From the NCBI GenBank assembly GCA_026395915.1, contig JAPLXU010000015.1, positions 85 to 64,084 on the forward strand: 64,000 bases of DNA. The letters are read 5' to 3'. Each line of letters opens with the position of its first letter. Position 1 is the first letter of the stretch. Shown here one piece after another: positions 8,823 through 19,209 of the stretch. The translations under genes were made by a program, and so were the position numbers. The notes under the pieces are model-generated. The model made no database searches. It was not told where the DNA came from and was given only the letters and a program-made list of their open reading frames with translations. This DNA comes from Candidatus Nomurabacteria bacterium. GTDB taxonomy: Bacteria > Patescibacteriota > Minisyncoccia > Phycocordibacterales > UBA9973.

Positions 8823-9536
8823 ATGAAATGCGCTGATGTTCAAAAAGAACTGAAGAAATTTTCATCTCTCAAACGCAAAAAAAGTAATGAGTGGTATTTT
8901 AAAACTGGCGAAGGGGATTATGGGCATGGTGATAAATTTGTCGGCGTCTCGATGCCAGACATTCGTGTTGTTTCCAAAAAGTTTATCGAACTTTCTCTTC
9001 TAGAAATAAAAAAATTGTTGTCATCAAAGATCCATGAAGAGCGCATGGTTGCTCTTGTCATCCTTTCATACCAAATTAAGAAGACTGATAAGCAGACACA
9101 AAAAAAGATTTATAATTTTTATTTAAATAACACAAAATACATAAACAATTGGGACTTGGTAGATGTCACTGTCAACAGAATCGTCGGCGCGTATTTGTGG
9201 GAAAATAAAAATGAGGGCAGGGAAATCTTGTATAAATTTGCGCGCTCAAAAAATATGTGGGAGAGACGTATTGCGATAATAGCGACATCTTACTTCATTT
9301 ATCAAAATAATTTTGTTGACACGTTTAAAATTGCAAAAATACTCTTGAATGACAAAGAAGACCTGCTTCATAAGGCGGTCGGGTGGATGCTCCGAGAGGT
9401 AGGCAAAAGAGATCAAAAGACAGAAGAAGCATTTCTTAAAAAATATTATAAAAAAATGCCTCGTGTCATGCTCCGTTACGCTATAGAAAAATTTCCAGAG
9501 ACAAGGCGGAAGGCATATTTAAAGGGAATGGCGTGA
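8823..9536 (+). CDS. DNA alkylation repair protein (AlkD-like)
   Basis: NNWDLVD, WERRIAI, HKAVGWMLREVGK, LRYAIEKF. Confidence 0.9.
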   Translation: MKCADVQKELKKFSSLKRKKSNEWYFKTGEGDYGHGDKFVGVSMPDIRVVSKKFIELSLLEIKKLLSSKIHEERMVALVILSYQIKKTDKQTQKKIYNFYLNNTKYINNWDLVDVTVNRIVGAYLWENKNEGREILYKFARSKNMWERRIAIIATSYFIYQNNFVDTFKIAKILLNDKEDLLHKAVGWMLREVGKRDQKTEEAFLKKYYKKMPRVMLRYAIEKFPETRRKAYLKGMA

Positions 9537-9588
9537 AAATATTTTCGTAGTATAATTGATATATTAGCAATTAAATCAAAAAAATAAT

Positions 9589-9921
9589 ATGAATATGGAA
9601 GGACTAGAAAAAAGAGGGACGCCTGCGATAGAAAGGGGGGTATCTATAAGGGAAAGAGTAGAAGGTTTTAGGGCAATTATTGGAAATATGATAAATCAAA
9701 GCGAGTTGATGGGTGGTTCAACATCTGAAGTGACAACTGCTATTTTTCGTTTGCAAGATGGCACTCCAGAAAATGAGAAAAAACTCAAGGAGGTTCTAGA
9801 TCTCTTGGAAGAACTTAAAGATAGAGGTTTAGGTGAGGTCAAAGGCATAGGAGACAAGGGATTGATAAGGAGGAGGAAAGAAGTTGGGGAAAGGATATCC
9901 ACCTTGGTGTATGGAAGATAG
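9589..9921 (+). CDS. Hypothetical protein
   Basis: ORF preceded by TATAAT. Confidence 0.55.
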   Translation: MNMEGLEKRGTPAIERGVSIRERVEGFRAIIGNMINQSELMGGSTSEVTTAIFRLQDGTPENEKKLKEVLDLLEELKDRGLGEVKGIGDKGLIRRRKEVGERISTLVYGR

Positions 9922-9934
9922 AGGTCTAAATAAA

Positions 9935-10213
9935 ATGACAAAATTACTTGGAAAAATTGTGGACAGTTTCACTATGCAGGGTACGCAGAGGGTGATTTTG
10001 CTTGACCGCGACTGTTCGGCGGATTTGAAATCGGGCGATTCTGTGGAAGTAAATTTTCCGTCTGGGAAAACAAATACAGTGGTAGTGCTTGACGCTCTTT
10101 TGGAAGATGGAACTCCATATAAAATTTCTGGCAAAATCGCAAGTATTACGGTTGAGAATAAGGGTTTTAACGATGAATCTTTGATTGGATGCGATGTGTT
10201 TTTAGTAAAATAA
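9935..10213 (+). CDS. Hypothetical protein
   Basis: ORF; ATG at 9935 preferred. Confidence 0.55.
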   Translation: MTKLLGKIVDSFTMQGTQRVILLDRDCSADLKSGDSVEVNFPSGKTNTVVVLDALLEDGTPYKISGKIASITVENKGFNDESLIGCDVFLVK

Positions 10214-10246
10214 ATGGTAAAATAATCAAATGAACAAAACATTATT
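10207..10246 (+). repeat. 40-bp direct repeat, copy 1 (copy 2 at 11694-11733)
   Basis: aaaataaatggtaaaataa(t/c)caaatgaacaaaacattatt, 1 mismatch. Confidence 0.9.
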
Positions 10247-10274
10247 CATTATTAATAAATAAAAATATAACTAT

Positions 10275-10853
10275 ATGAAGAAATCTTTAATTATTATAAT
10301 CGTAGTGGTAGCTGTCGTCGTTGTAAGTGTAAGTATATATTATTTTACAATGGGTAATACAAAACAAAACACTACAATTCAATCTCCCACGGTCGATAAT
10401 TCAAATCAAATTAATAATAAACAGACAAATAATATGAATTCACAAAATAATCTCTCTCAAAATGATCAGTCACAAATGACAGATCTAGCAAAAAGCATTT
10501 ATCAAGCTTTTAAGAAAAAGGATGTAAATGCACTACAAATTTTAGCAAAGACAAAAATTACGAATGACGCCGTCAAGGCCAACAAATCATTCGATTCTTA
10601 CGAAAAGAATGAACTTAGGGTATTATCAATGGATTTCAATGATGATACAGAAGATTTGTTGCCTGTTGATTTTTCAACTATAACATTTGTCCTCCAAAGT
10701 GATGGAACTTATAAAGTTCAGGTTATATATAGTAATCGTAAGAGTACGAATAATCTTATTGTTTATTTGAATAAAAATCCAAGTCTAGATATGACAAGCG
10801 AACAAGAAATTTATTTAGGTAAAGTAGATTCAGAATGGGTTTGGGTTAGATAA
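10275..10853 (+). CDS. Membrane-anchored hypothetical protein
   Basis: N-terminal TM helix and N/Q-rich linker. Confidence 0.7.
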   Translation: MKKSLIIIIVVVAVVVVSVSIYYFTMGNTKQNTTIQSPTVDNSNQINNKQTNNMNSQNNLSQNDQSQMTDLAKSIYQAFKKKDVNALQILAKTKITNDAVKANKSFDSYEKNELRVLSMDFNDDTEDLLPVDFSTITFVLQSDGTYKVQVIYSNRKSTNNLIVYLNKNPSLDMTSEQEIYLGKVDSEWVWVR

Positions 10854-10870
10854 TAGTTATTATAATCTTT

Positions 10871-11674
10871 ATGCCAATAGGCCTACAAGAAACACGGATT
10901 GATAATATAAGGCAAACCACTTGGGGTTATATACGGAAGCACTATCTTATGCAGGCCGTAGGATTATCGGTTCTTTTCATCATAGGGATTCCTCTTTTTC
11001 CTTTAGCTTTTTTTGTGATTGCACTAGGTATTATGCTGTATTTTTATGTACGCAGAAAAGTTAGATCCGAATTTATAAAACAGATCGGCATATCTATGGG
11101 ATTCACATACTCTTCTACTGCTCCACCTGTCGGAGTAGGAGGAAAATTATTTTCTCTTGGACATAATCCCAAATTAACAGATGTTTTATCAGGACAATAT
11201 CGGAGTATACCCTTAAGATTATTAACATATTCATATATATGTGGCGAAGGTAGGAATGCTTGCAATTATGCATTTTCAGTACTGGAAGTGACATTTCAAA
11301 GCAGTATGCCTGAAATACTTCTTTTTTCAAAAATTAATATAGCGAAAATGCCACCTGATATTTTTTCTATAAGCAAACCTCTTAAACTGGAAGGGGACTT
11401 TAATAATTATTTTTATCTATTTGTCACAAAAGGCTATGAAATGGAAACTCTAGAGCTTTTAACTCCTGATGTTATGACTAATCTTATTGACATTGATAAA
11501 ACATCAAAGAGTAGTTTGGAATTCTTTGGCGATAAAATGTACATCTATATTACTAAGCCAATAAATAGTAAGTCTGACATACAAAACATATTTTCGCTCG
11601 CTGATTTTTTCATAGATTTATTCAAACATAATGCTTCTGAGATACATGTAAATCCGAGCCCTGTGCAACATTAG
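10871..11674 (+). CDS. Membrane protein with a DUF3137-like cytoplasmic domain
   Basis: 2 TM segments, then LEGDFNNYF...LLTPDVM motif. Confidence 0.65.
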   Translation: MPIGLQETRIDNIRQTTWGYIRKHYLMQAVGLSVLFIIGIPLFPLAFFVIALGIMLYFYVRRKVRSEFIKQIGISMGFTYSSTAPPVGVGGKLFSLGHNPKLTDVLSGQYRSIPLRLLTYSYICGEGRNACNYAFSVLEVTFQSSMPEILLFSKINIAKMPPDIFSISKPLKLEGDFNNYFYLFVTKGYEMETLELLTPDVMTNLIDIDKTSKSSLEFFGDKMYIYITKPINSKSDIQNIFSLADFFIDLFKHNASEIHVNPSPVQH

Positions 11675-11716
11675 GTTAGTAGTGTATTTATGAAAAATAA
11701 ATGGTAAAATAACCAA

Positions 11717-12679
11717 ATGAACAAAACATTATTAATCACAATTGGGGCAATAGCATTAATAATAATCGCAATAATTATTTATATGGACTTTTTTGCTAAA
11801 GAATATGAGATAGCTTCGGTTAAAACATATACTTCACCTGACGGCAGTTTTTCTTTCGAGTATCCAGAGTTTAAGGGGTGGACATCTGGTGCTACTGCAA
11901 ATAAAGATCCGTGGAGTGTTTGGTTTTTAGTTCCGTTTGAGACGGTTGTGGCACCAAGCATTCATGTTTCAGTCAATTTACAGCCCAGTCCTATTGCTCT
12001 TCCCGATATTCTCCCAAAAAATCCTGCAGGTATTACGTATACTAAATACCAAAATGATGGTTGGTTATCATTTATTATTCCTGTGACTGGCATAGCTCAA
12101 GTCAGCGCTAAAGTTGTTGAGATGAAAATTCCTATCAATGAAGATCACGGCTTCTCCTCACAAAAAATGGCGGAGATGATTATTGATACCTTTAAATTTA
12201 AAAGTAACAACATAGTAACCATTAAAGGAATAGGAGTTGATTCAAAAGCAGGACTCCTTATTCAGGAAATCGCCCCCATGACACAAGGAAAATTAATTGC
12301 AGATTTGACCATTGACGAAGCAAAAAAATATATTGGTAAGTTAATAGAAGTCAAAGGTATATTACATGAAAATACATGCACAAAAGCAAATGAATTATCA
12401 CCAAACTCAATTTCCCAATGTTTTGATGGTGAATATATTACAAATTCAACTATTAAAATTATTCCAGTAACCAGAACTATTAAGTCCTTCAAAGATTTAA
12501 AGATAGGTATGACTCCTGAAGAAGTGGTAAAATCGGTCGGAGAAGCGGATGGGGATATATGTTCTGGTTTATTTTGTCCAGAATATCTTCTTAAAGATGG
12601 TTCTTATATCACTCTTGGTTTCTCTCTGGGAAAATTATCTTCAATGTCCAATGGAGATAAAAATCTTTTAATTAAATAA
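11717..12679 (+). CDS. Membrane-anchored hypothetical protein
   Basis: N-terminal TM; FSFEYP and LKIGMTPEEV motifs. Confidence 0.7.
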   Translation: MNKTLLITIGAIALIIIAIIIYMDFFAKEYEIASVKTYTSPDGSFSFEYPEFKGWTSGATANKDPWSVWFLVPFETVVAPSIHVSVNLQPSPIALPDILPKNPAGITYTKYQNDGWLSFIIPVTGIAQVSAKVVEMKIPINEDHGFSSQKMAEMIIDTFKFKSNNIVTIKGIGVDSKAGLLIQEIAPMTQGKLIADLTIDEAKKYIGKLIEVKGILHENTCTKANELSPNSISQCFDGEYITNSTIKIIPVTRTIKSFKDLKIGMTPEEVVKSVGEADGDICSGLFCPEYLLKDGSYITLGFSLGKLSSMSNGDKNLLIK

Positions 12680-12691
12680 TTATAAATTCAC

Positions 12692-13558
12692 ATGCCCAAA
12701 CAAAAACAAATTTCAACTTTAGTCGGTATCGCGATAATCATCGCGTCAATAATTGTCTTCCTCGGCGGAGTTTTTGCGTATCAACATTTTGTAATACAAA
12801 AAATTCAGCAGACAAACATAGTTCAACCCGCAGACCCAACCGCTAATTGGAAAACGTATACAAACACTCAACGTGGATTTGAAATAAAATACCCAGATGG
12901 CGGAAGTGTACAGCCAATGAATGAGATGCCTTGGTGTCGTTGCGAAGAAATCTCTTATTATGAATTCGATGCTCTTTTATCGGGTCCTTTTAATACCCCA
13001 AATGATATTCATATTATTGGGGGTATAGATCCTAAGGAGATTACAACAATAACGGAAACTACGGTAAATAATCTGCCAGCTAAAGTGAGTGAACAACATT
13101 CGTCAGATTACTTTGATATTCTTTACGTAATTCAAGATGTTAAAAGAGAAGAGTATTGGGGGATCAATCTTGGTGGTCAAAGGGCTGGTAAGAATGATAA
13201 AGACTATAATAAAAAGTTTAATGACCAAAAGAAGTTTTTGAAACAAATTGTCTCCACTTTTAAATTAATAAAAAAGACAGACAAAGTTCCACAGACACAA
13301 ACAACTTTAATCTCAGGACAAGAAGCAATCAATATTGTAAAGAATCTTCCAGATGTAAAACATTGGCTTTCTGCATTCACTGGTCCAGAAAATACAAATC
13401 CCAAAACTGGTGGAAAAGCCATGATAACGTCAGATGGCAAGACAAGCGGACAATATATGATACATGCCTACGAAAGCTTGCCCGACCACGATGTTACTTT
13501 TGGTTGGTATTATGTTGATGTGAACACAGGTAAAGTTGTAGATACATTTAAACAATGA
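12692..13558 (+). CDS. Membrane-anchored protein with a PsbP-like domain
   Basis: TANWKTYTN..GFEIKYP...QIVSTFK pattern. Confidence 0.7.
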   Translation: MPKQKQISTLVGIAIIIASIIVFLGGVFAYQHFVIQKIQQTNIVQPADPTANWKTYTNTQRGFEIKYPDGGSVQPMNEMPWCRCEEISYYEFDALLSGPFNTPNDIHIIGGIDPKEITTITETTVNNLPAKVSEQHSSDYFDILYVIQDVKREEYWGINLGGQRAGKNDKDYNKKFNDQKKFLKQIVSTFKLIKKTDKVPQTQTTLISGQEAINIVKNLPDVKHWLSAFTGPENTNPKTGGKAMITSDGKTSGQYMIHAYESLPDHDVTFGWYYVDVNTGKVVDTFKQ

Positions 13559-13791
13559 AAATTCAAGTTTTAGGTTCGGGTTGTAAAACCTGTAAAAAAT
13601 TATATGAAATAACTCAAAAAGCTGTAGCTGAATTGGGTTTAAGTGAGAATGTTGAATATATCACTGATATTCAAAAAATAGTGGCTATGGGTTTAATGCA
13701 AAGTCCTGTTTTGGTCGTGGACGGCAAACCTATTTTGATTGGTTTTACTTCTGACATAGAGAAAATTAAAAAGTTGATAAAAGGGAATTAA
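13555..13791 (+). CDS. Small thioredoxin-like redox protein (MTH895 type)
   Basis: MKIQVLGSGCKTC...SPVLVVDG. Confidence 0.9.
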   Translation: MKIQVLGSGCKTCKKLYEITQKAVAELGLSENVEYITDIQKIVAMGLMQSPVLVVDGKPILIGFTSDIEKIKKLIKGN

Positions 13792-13793
13792 TT

Positions 13794-14759
13794 ATGAGTA
13801 TCTTTTACCCTGTAAAATTGCTAGCTGATTGGCTTACTTATTCTGTTTTTATAATTACACCAAAAACTCTTTTGGCTGATGCAGTCAATTTCTTTATTTA
13901 TGACACGATAAAAATATTTATTCTTTTAGGTGTAATTATTTTTGCCGTTTCAATAATCCGTTCATATCTGCCACCCGAAAAAATAAGAGCTGTTTTGTCT
14001 CATAAAAATAGATATACAGGTAATGTTGTCGCTTCACTTTTTGGAATAGTAACTCCATTTTGTTCTTGTTCAGCTATTCCATTATTCTTGGGATTTATTC
14101 AAGCAGGTGTTCCGCTCGGAACCACTTTCTCTTTTCTTGTGGCTTCTCCAATGATAAATGAAGTAGCCCTCATTTTGCTTTTTGGAATGTTTGGTTGGAA
14201 GATTGCTTTGATGTATATAACGAGCGGATTGATTATTTCTATTCTTTCCGGAATAATAATTGGCAAGATGAAAGTAGAAAGTTTGGTTGAGCCATTTGTT
14301 TATCAAAATACTGTAAATAGGAATGTTGATTTGCCATCCATGTCTCGAAAAGAAAGAATTACTTACGCTCTTGATTACACAAAAGATATTCTGAAAAAAG
14401 TCTGGCCATATATTTTAATTGGTATTGGAATTGGCGCTTGGATACACGGCTATGTTCCTGCTGACTTTTTGGCTCAATATGCTGGAAGTGGTAAATGGTA
14501 TGCTGTGCCACTTGCTGTTTTAATTGGCATTCCTCTTTATTCGAATGCGGCTGGAATTATTCCACTTGTGTCCGTTTTGACCGAAAAGGGAGTATCCATG
14601 GGTACCACGCTTGCTTTTATGATGTCTGTCACTGCTTTATCCTTGCCGGAATTTATGATTTTGAAAAAGGTAATGAAAATTAAACTAATTTTTATTTTTG
14701 CCGGAATAGTGGCTGTGGGCATTATCTTCACAGGGTATCTTTTTAATTTAGTTATTTAA
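13794..14759 (+). CDS. Permease, DUF318/ArsP family
   Basis: TPFCSCSAIP, ASPMINE, ALSLPE. Confidence 0.9.
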   Translation: MSIFYPVKLLADWLTYSVFIITPKTLLADAVNFFIYDTIKIFILLGVIIFAVSIIRSYLPPEKIRAVLSHKNRYTGNVVASLFGIVTPFCSCSAIPLFLGFIQAGVPLGTTFSFLVASPMINEVALILLFGMFGWKIALMYITSGLIISILSGIIIGKMKVESLVEPFVYQNTVNRNVDLPSMSRKERITYALDYTKDILKKVWPYILIGIGIGAWIHGYVPADFLAQYAGSGKWYAVPLAVLIGIPLYSNAAGIIPLVSVLTEKGVSMGTTLAFMMSVTALSLPEFMILKKVMKIKLIFIFAGIVAVGIIFTGYLFNLVI

Positions 14760-14780
14760 TCGAAAAATATTTTTTCTTAT

Positions 14781-15827
14781 TTAATCCAAAAAGATCCTGT
14801 AGAAAAAAGAACTGAGGTTGATGAGTGGCGACAGAACATAATCGAACCATTTTGGTTTGTATGTTTTGTAATCAAACAAAATTGAGTCCTTTTTCCATTC
14901 TTCCACAATAGAACAAAGTTTTGAAACTACTTCTATATCTTTTGAAAAAATGCCGACTTCGGAATTGAAATCAAAAGATAAAAAATCCAGATTTTGCGAG
15001 CCGATCATTGCCTCCCTTTTGTCTATTATCATAGCTTTCGCATGGTTCATCTCTTTCTCTATATAAAATCTAACACCTAGCTTGGAGAGCTTGTATATGT
15101 AAAAATAATTTACGCGATCGACAAAAAAATGGTCGGTGCTTTTTGGGATGAGCACTTCTATGTTTACTTTGCGCAATATAGCTTGATGAAGAGCCGCTCT
15201 GATCCAACGTCTTGGTATAAAATACGGAGTTATTAAGATAATGCTTTTTTCCGCTTTGTTCAGATATTGTTTATAAATTCTTTTCAGGTGAAATTTTTTA
15301 CTGACAGGAGAATGCTCCACTATCCAAGTATTCATTTTTATCTTTTTAGTTCTGTTGTTTTTTGATAACAGTGTTGGGTCTTTGCCTCCGGCATTCATAT
15401 AAGACTTTGTAAAAGACGCAGTAACTTTTTTTACCAAATTGCCTTTTATTTTGACCATCAAGTCATTCCAAAATCTGGAAGTTTGGTAAATGTTTACGCC
15501 TCCGACAAACGCAACACGTTCATCCACGACCAAGACCTTTCTATGCGCGCGGTGAAGCAGGTATGACATCGTCAATATTTCAACTCCAGCTTTTTCCAAT
15601 TCGAAAACTGCATCATCTTTTAAGTCGGCGCTACCAAGAGAATCCAGTATAATTTTAACTTGTAGTCCTTGCTCAGCTTTTTCTTTTAACAGATTAAAAA
15701 AGTCGAACTCCTTCATATTATCTTCAAAAATATACATTTCTAAATAAATTGATTTTTTCGCGTTAGAAATGGTCTCAAACATGGCTTTCCACGCTTTTTC
15801 TGAGTTGGTAAAGAATTTATAGTTCAT
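14781..15827 (-). CDS. Cardiolipin synthase-like phospholipase D
   Basis: Two HKD motifs: HRKVLVVD and HAKAMIID. Confidence 0.9.
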   Translation of the reverse strand: MNYKFFTNSEKAWKAMFETISNAKKSIYLEMYIFEDNMKEFDFFNLLKEKAEQGLQVKIILDSLGSADLKDDAVFELEKAGVEILTMSYLLHRAHRKVLVVDERVAFVGGVNIYQTSRFWNDLMVKIKGNLVKKVTASFTKSYMNAGGKDPTLLSKNNRTKKIKMNTWIVEHSPVSKKFHLKRIYKQYLNKAEKSIILITPYFIPRRWIRAALHQAILRKVNIEVLIPKSTDHFFVDRVNYFYIYKLSKLGVRFYIEKEMNHAKAMIIDKREAMIGSQNLDFLSFDFNSEVGIFSKDIEVVSKLCSIVEEWKKDSILFDYKTYKPKWFDYVLSPLINLSSFFYRIFLD

Positions 15828-15897
15828 GGTAACATTATACACGAGTTAAATAATATGCTACAATAGCAGTATTATAATTATTTAAGTAAAAAAATAT

Positions 15898-16023
15898 ATG
15901 GCAAAAAGAGGCACAACACTTAGTCAGAGACCTAGATCAAGACGTTCACATAAGACCAAGAAGCGATTAGCAATCAAGAAATCTATGCTTGATAAAAAAG
16001 CTTTGCGCAGAAAGTCTCGATAA
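15898..16023 (+). CDS. Very basic 41-aa protein (not in the ORF track)
   Basis: MAKRGTTLSQRPRSRRSHKTKKRLAIKKSMLDKKALRRKSR; TATAAT upstream. Confidence 0.6.
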   Translation: MAKRGTTLSQRPRSRRSHKTKKRLAIKKSMLDKKALRRKSR

Positions 16024-16049
16024 AATAATTTTCGTGTTACAATAAATAT

Positions 16050-16724
16050 ATGGAAAATATAAAAAAGAATTGGGTTTTGGTCTTTGGGGGATTACTATTA
16101 ATTTTTTCTTTTCTCAGTTTTTTTGCAGCGCAGAATTTCTCTAAACAGCAGTCTTATGTCGAAGTGAAGGGCTTGTCGGAAAAAATAGTCAAAGCCGATG
16201 TTGCGATCTGGTCAATGAACTTTGAAGTCAAATCGAACGATATTGATTCGCTTTATGCTGAGATCGAGAGAAACACTACAGCGATTGATTCTTTCTTGAA
16301 GGACAGAGGTTTCGACGCATCAGAAATAAATGTCGCGCCAGTAAATATTTACCAAGACACCTACAAAGACGCATTGTTTAGATACAATTCAACTACTCAA
16401 TTGTCAGTCTACACGAAAAAAGTTGATCTAGTCCGATCTGCTTCAAAAGATTCTTTGCTTCTAGTCAAAAAAGGGGTTACTCTAAGCCAGAATTCCATTT
16501 CTTTTGAATTTTCAGATATCAACAGCGTGAAACCGGAAATGTTAGCTGAGGCTATAAAAAATGCGAAAGACGCTGCTATCAAATTCGCGAAAGAATCCGG
16601 ATCGAGTCTTGGCAGTGTGTCTCGCGGGAATCAAGGCGTCTTTGATATTTCCGACAAAGATCCCGGCTCCCCAGAATTCAAAAAAATCCGCGTTGTTTCC
16701 AGTTTGAGATTTTTGATAAACTAA
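16050..16724 (+). CDS. SIMPL/DUF541 domain protein
   Basis: VEVKGLSEKIVKAD, KPEMLAEAIKNAK, KKIRVVS. Confidence 0.85.
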   Translation: MENIKKNWVLVFGGLLLIFSFLSFFAAQNFSKQQSYVEVKGLSEKIVKADVAIWSMNFEVKSNDIDSLYAEIERNTTAIDSFLKDRGFDASEINVAPVNIYQDTYKDALFRYNSTTQLSVYTKKVDLVRSASKDSLLLVKKGVTLSQNSISFEFSDINSVKPEMLAEAIKNAKDAAIKFAKESGSSLGSVSRGNQGVFDISDKDPGSPEFKKIRVVSSLRFLIN

Positions 16725-17203
16725 TGACTAAGAAAAAATCGTCAAAAAAATCAAAAAAAATTGTAATGGTCAGCGGGGGATACGACCCTGTTCACATTGG
16801 ACATATTCGTCAATTTAAAGCTGCAAAAGCTTTAGGTGATAAACTTGTCGTGGTTTTAAATAACGATAATTGGCTTAAATTAAAAAAAGGATATGTTTTT
16901 ATGCCGGAAAATGAACGCAAGGAGATATTGGAAGGTATAAAGTATGTTGATGAAGTTGTGATTTCTAAACACAAACCAAACACAGAAGACATTAGTATCT
17001 ATAACGAACTACAGATGATTCGTCCGCACATTTTTGCTAAAGGGGGTGATCGCAAGCCTTCCCATGTTCCTATTCCAACTCCTGAAGTGACTTTTTGTGA
17101 AGAAATAGGTTGTGAAATAATATACAATGTAGGTGAAGGTGGCAAGGTCCAAAGCTCGTCGGAATTAGTAAAGAAAGCCCAGAAAGCAAAAAATAAAAAA
17201 TAA
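16724..17203 (+). CDS. Cytidylyltransferase-family protein (TagD/RfaE-II/RibL-like)
   Basis: SGGYDPVHIGH, KGGDR, QSSS. Confidence 0.9.
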   Translation: MTKKKSSKKSKKIVMVSGGYDPVHIGHIRQFKAAKALGDKLVVVLNNDNWLKLKKGYVFMPENERKEILEGIKYVDEVVISKHKPNTEDISIYNELQMIRPHIFAKGGDRKPSHVPIPTPEVTFCEEIGCEIIYNVGEGGKVQSSSELVKKAQKAKNKK

Positions 17204-17206
17204 AAA

Positions 17207-17959
17207 ATGAAACCATTAGATCAAATTTCAAAAGAGGATCTCAGTAAAATTAAAATGATTGTTTTTGACGTTGACGGAGTGCTTGTTCCAAGAGGGACAA
17301 AAATCAAGCAAGTCGGAAATACAACCACTTTGCAGACAAAAGTAATCGCGGAAAAACAAATAGAACAAATAAGTGAGCTCAACAGAAGAGGATACTTGAT
17401 AAACATCAGTTCTGGAAGAGGACTCTATATGTTACAAGAAATGTTTCGAGACATTTTACCCTTTGTCAGTCTCACTTACGAAAACGGCAGCGCGACTTGG
17501 TATAGGGGGAAAATCTATCAGCATGTGAATAGTTTTGAATATCTCAAAGATGTTTTTCCTAAACTGAAAAAATTAGCAAGCGAAAATAAAGATATAAGAG
17601 GATTTGAACCAAAAGAATTTATTATAACTCTGCATTGCAAAAAACAAATTAAAGAAATTGAGGAGATAGTAAAAAAATATCCAAAGCTTACCACTTTCTG
17701 GAATGGTGAAGCGTATGATGTTGAATTGAAAAAAGACCAGACGAAAGCGGTAGGCCTGAGACATGTGATGAAAGTCTTTAAATTAAAAAGAGAGAATGTC
17801 ATGGCTATAGGGGATAATTACAATGACCAAGAACTCGTAAAAGAGAGCGGAATGTCTGTATCTGCCGATAAAACAAGGGTTAAAGCTAAATTCTACGTTC
17901 CTTTGGAGGGCGAATTTCTCCCAGCAGATGTTTTAATGCAAAAGATCTTGTCATTTTAA
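17207..17959 (+). CDS. HAD-superfamily hydrolase (class II)
   Basis: FDVDGVL, SSGR, GDNYND. Confidence 0.9.
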   Translation: MKPLDQISKEDLSKIKMIVFDVDGVLVPRGTKIKQVGNTTTLQTKVIAEKQIEQISELNRRGYLINISSGRGLYMLQEMFRDILPFVSLTYENGSATWYRGKIYQHVNSFEYLKDVFPKLKKLASENKDIRGFEPKEFIITLHCKKQIKEIEEIVKKYPKLTTFWNGEAYDVELKKDQTKAVGLRHVMKVFKLKRENVMAIGDNYNDQELVKESGMSVSADKTRVKAKFYVPLEGEFLPADVLMQKILSF

Positions 17960-18040
17960 GATGAAGAGGTTTTTTGTGGATTGGCTAAAGGATCGTTTAG
18001 TTGTATAATAACGATATCAGTTTTAATATTTAAAGAGATA

Positions 18041-19204
18041 ATGGCTACCCTAAAAAAGAAAAAAATAATATCTGTTCGCGTTCCTAGAGGAAAATCTCGA
18101 CGCTTGAACGGGTCAGGATCTCGGCTCAAAACACCTCAAAAGAAAACTGTTAAAAAAACCGTTGCGAAAATTTCTGTTCTCGATTTAAAAAGGTCAAAGA
18201 AAAATCCTATTATCGAACCGGAAAGTCACAAGTATTGGGAATCAAAGGCGGCCTTCAATCCGAGCGCGATTTATCACGACGGCAAAATTCATATAATCTA
18301 CCGAGCGATCGGCGATAGCGATATTTCTGTGCTGGGATATGCGAGAAGCAATGATGGCTACTCTTTCGATAAAGATTCGAAAGAGATGGCGTATTATTCC
18401 AAAGCAAAACAAGTTACCAGTGGAAAATTATCGCCACAAATTCTTTATTCTTCCGGTGGTGGTTGGGGTGGCGGTTGCGAAGATCCTCGGCTGACACTTA
18501 TAGGAAACAGAGTTTACATGCTTTACACGTCTTTTGACGGTTGGGGATCTCTGCGTATCGCTCTCACTTCCATTAGTCTGAATGATTTTATTTCTCGACG
18601 CTGGGATTGGAAAGAACCCGTTCTCATTTCTCCGCCCGGCGAGATACATAAAAACTGGGTGCTTTTCCCGGAAAAAATTAACGGCAAATATGCGATATTG
18701 CATAGCTTCGCTCCAAAAATTTTGGTTGACTATTTTGATAGCTTGGAAGAACTCAACGGCAAGAAATTTATAAAAAGTAACAATACGAGACCTGTGGACA
18801 CAACTCGGACTTGGGACAGCTGGTTTCGTGGAGTCGGGCCTGCTCCAATCAAAACCAAATATGGCTGGCTGATTATTTATCATGCAATGGATCATCGAAA
18901 TCCCGACAGATACAGAATCGGCGCGATGATTTTAGACATCAAAGATCTGACAAAAGTTTTATATCGTTCCAAAGAACCGATTCTCGAACCGGAGGAATGG
19001 TACGAAAACGAAGGATACAAGAGTGGAGTCGTGTATTCTTGCGGAGCAGTTGTAAAAGGAGGGGAGCTGTTTGTATATTACGGCGGAGCGGACAAAGTCT
19101 CTTGCGTGGCGACAGCCAATTTAAATAAATTTTTGGAAGAATTGATTAGCAATAATGCTTATAAACTAAAATCCACTGCCCGCGCTGGTGAAAAGAAAAA
19201 GTAA
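18041..19204 (+). CDS. GH130-like glycoside hydrolase/phosphorylase
   Basis: AFNPSA, GCEDPRL, HKNWVLF, YYGGAD. Confidence 0.9.
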   Translation: MATLKKKKIISVRVPRGKSRRLNGSGSRLKTPQKKTVKKTVAKISVLDLKRSKKNPIIEPESHKYWESKAAFNPSAIYHDGKIHIIYRAIGDSDISVLGYARSNDGYSFDKDSKEMAYYSKAKQVTSGKLSPQILYSSGGGWGGGCEDPRLTLIGNRVYMLYTSFDGWGSLRIALTSISLNDFISRRWDWKEPVLISPPGEIHKNWVLFPEKINGKYAILHSFAPKILVDYFDSLEELNGKKFIKSNNTRPVDTTRTWDSWFRGVGPAPIKTKYGWLIIYHAMDHRNPDRYRIGAMILDIKDLTKVLYRSKEPILEPEEWYENEGYKSGVVYSCGAVVKGGELFVYYGGADKVSCVATANLNKFLEELISNNAYKLKSTARAGEKKK

Positions 19205-19209
19205 GAATT

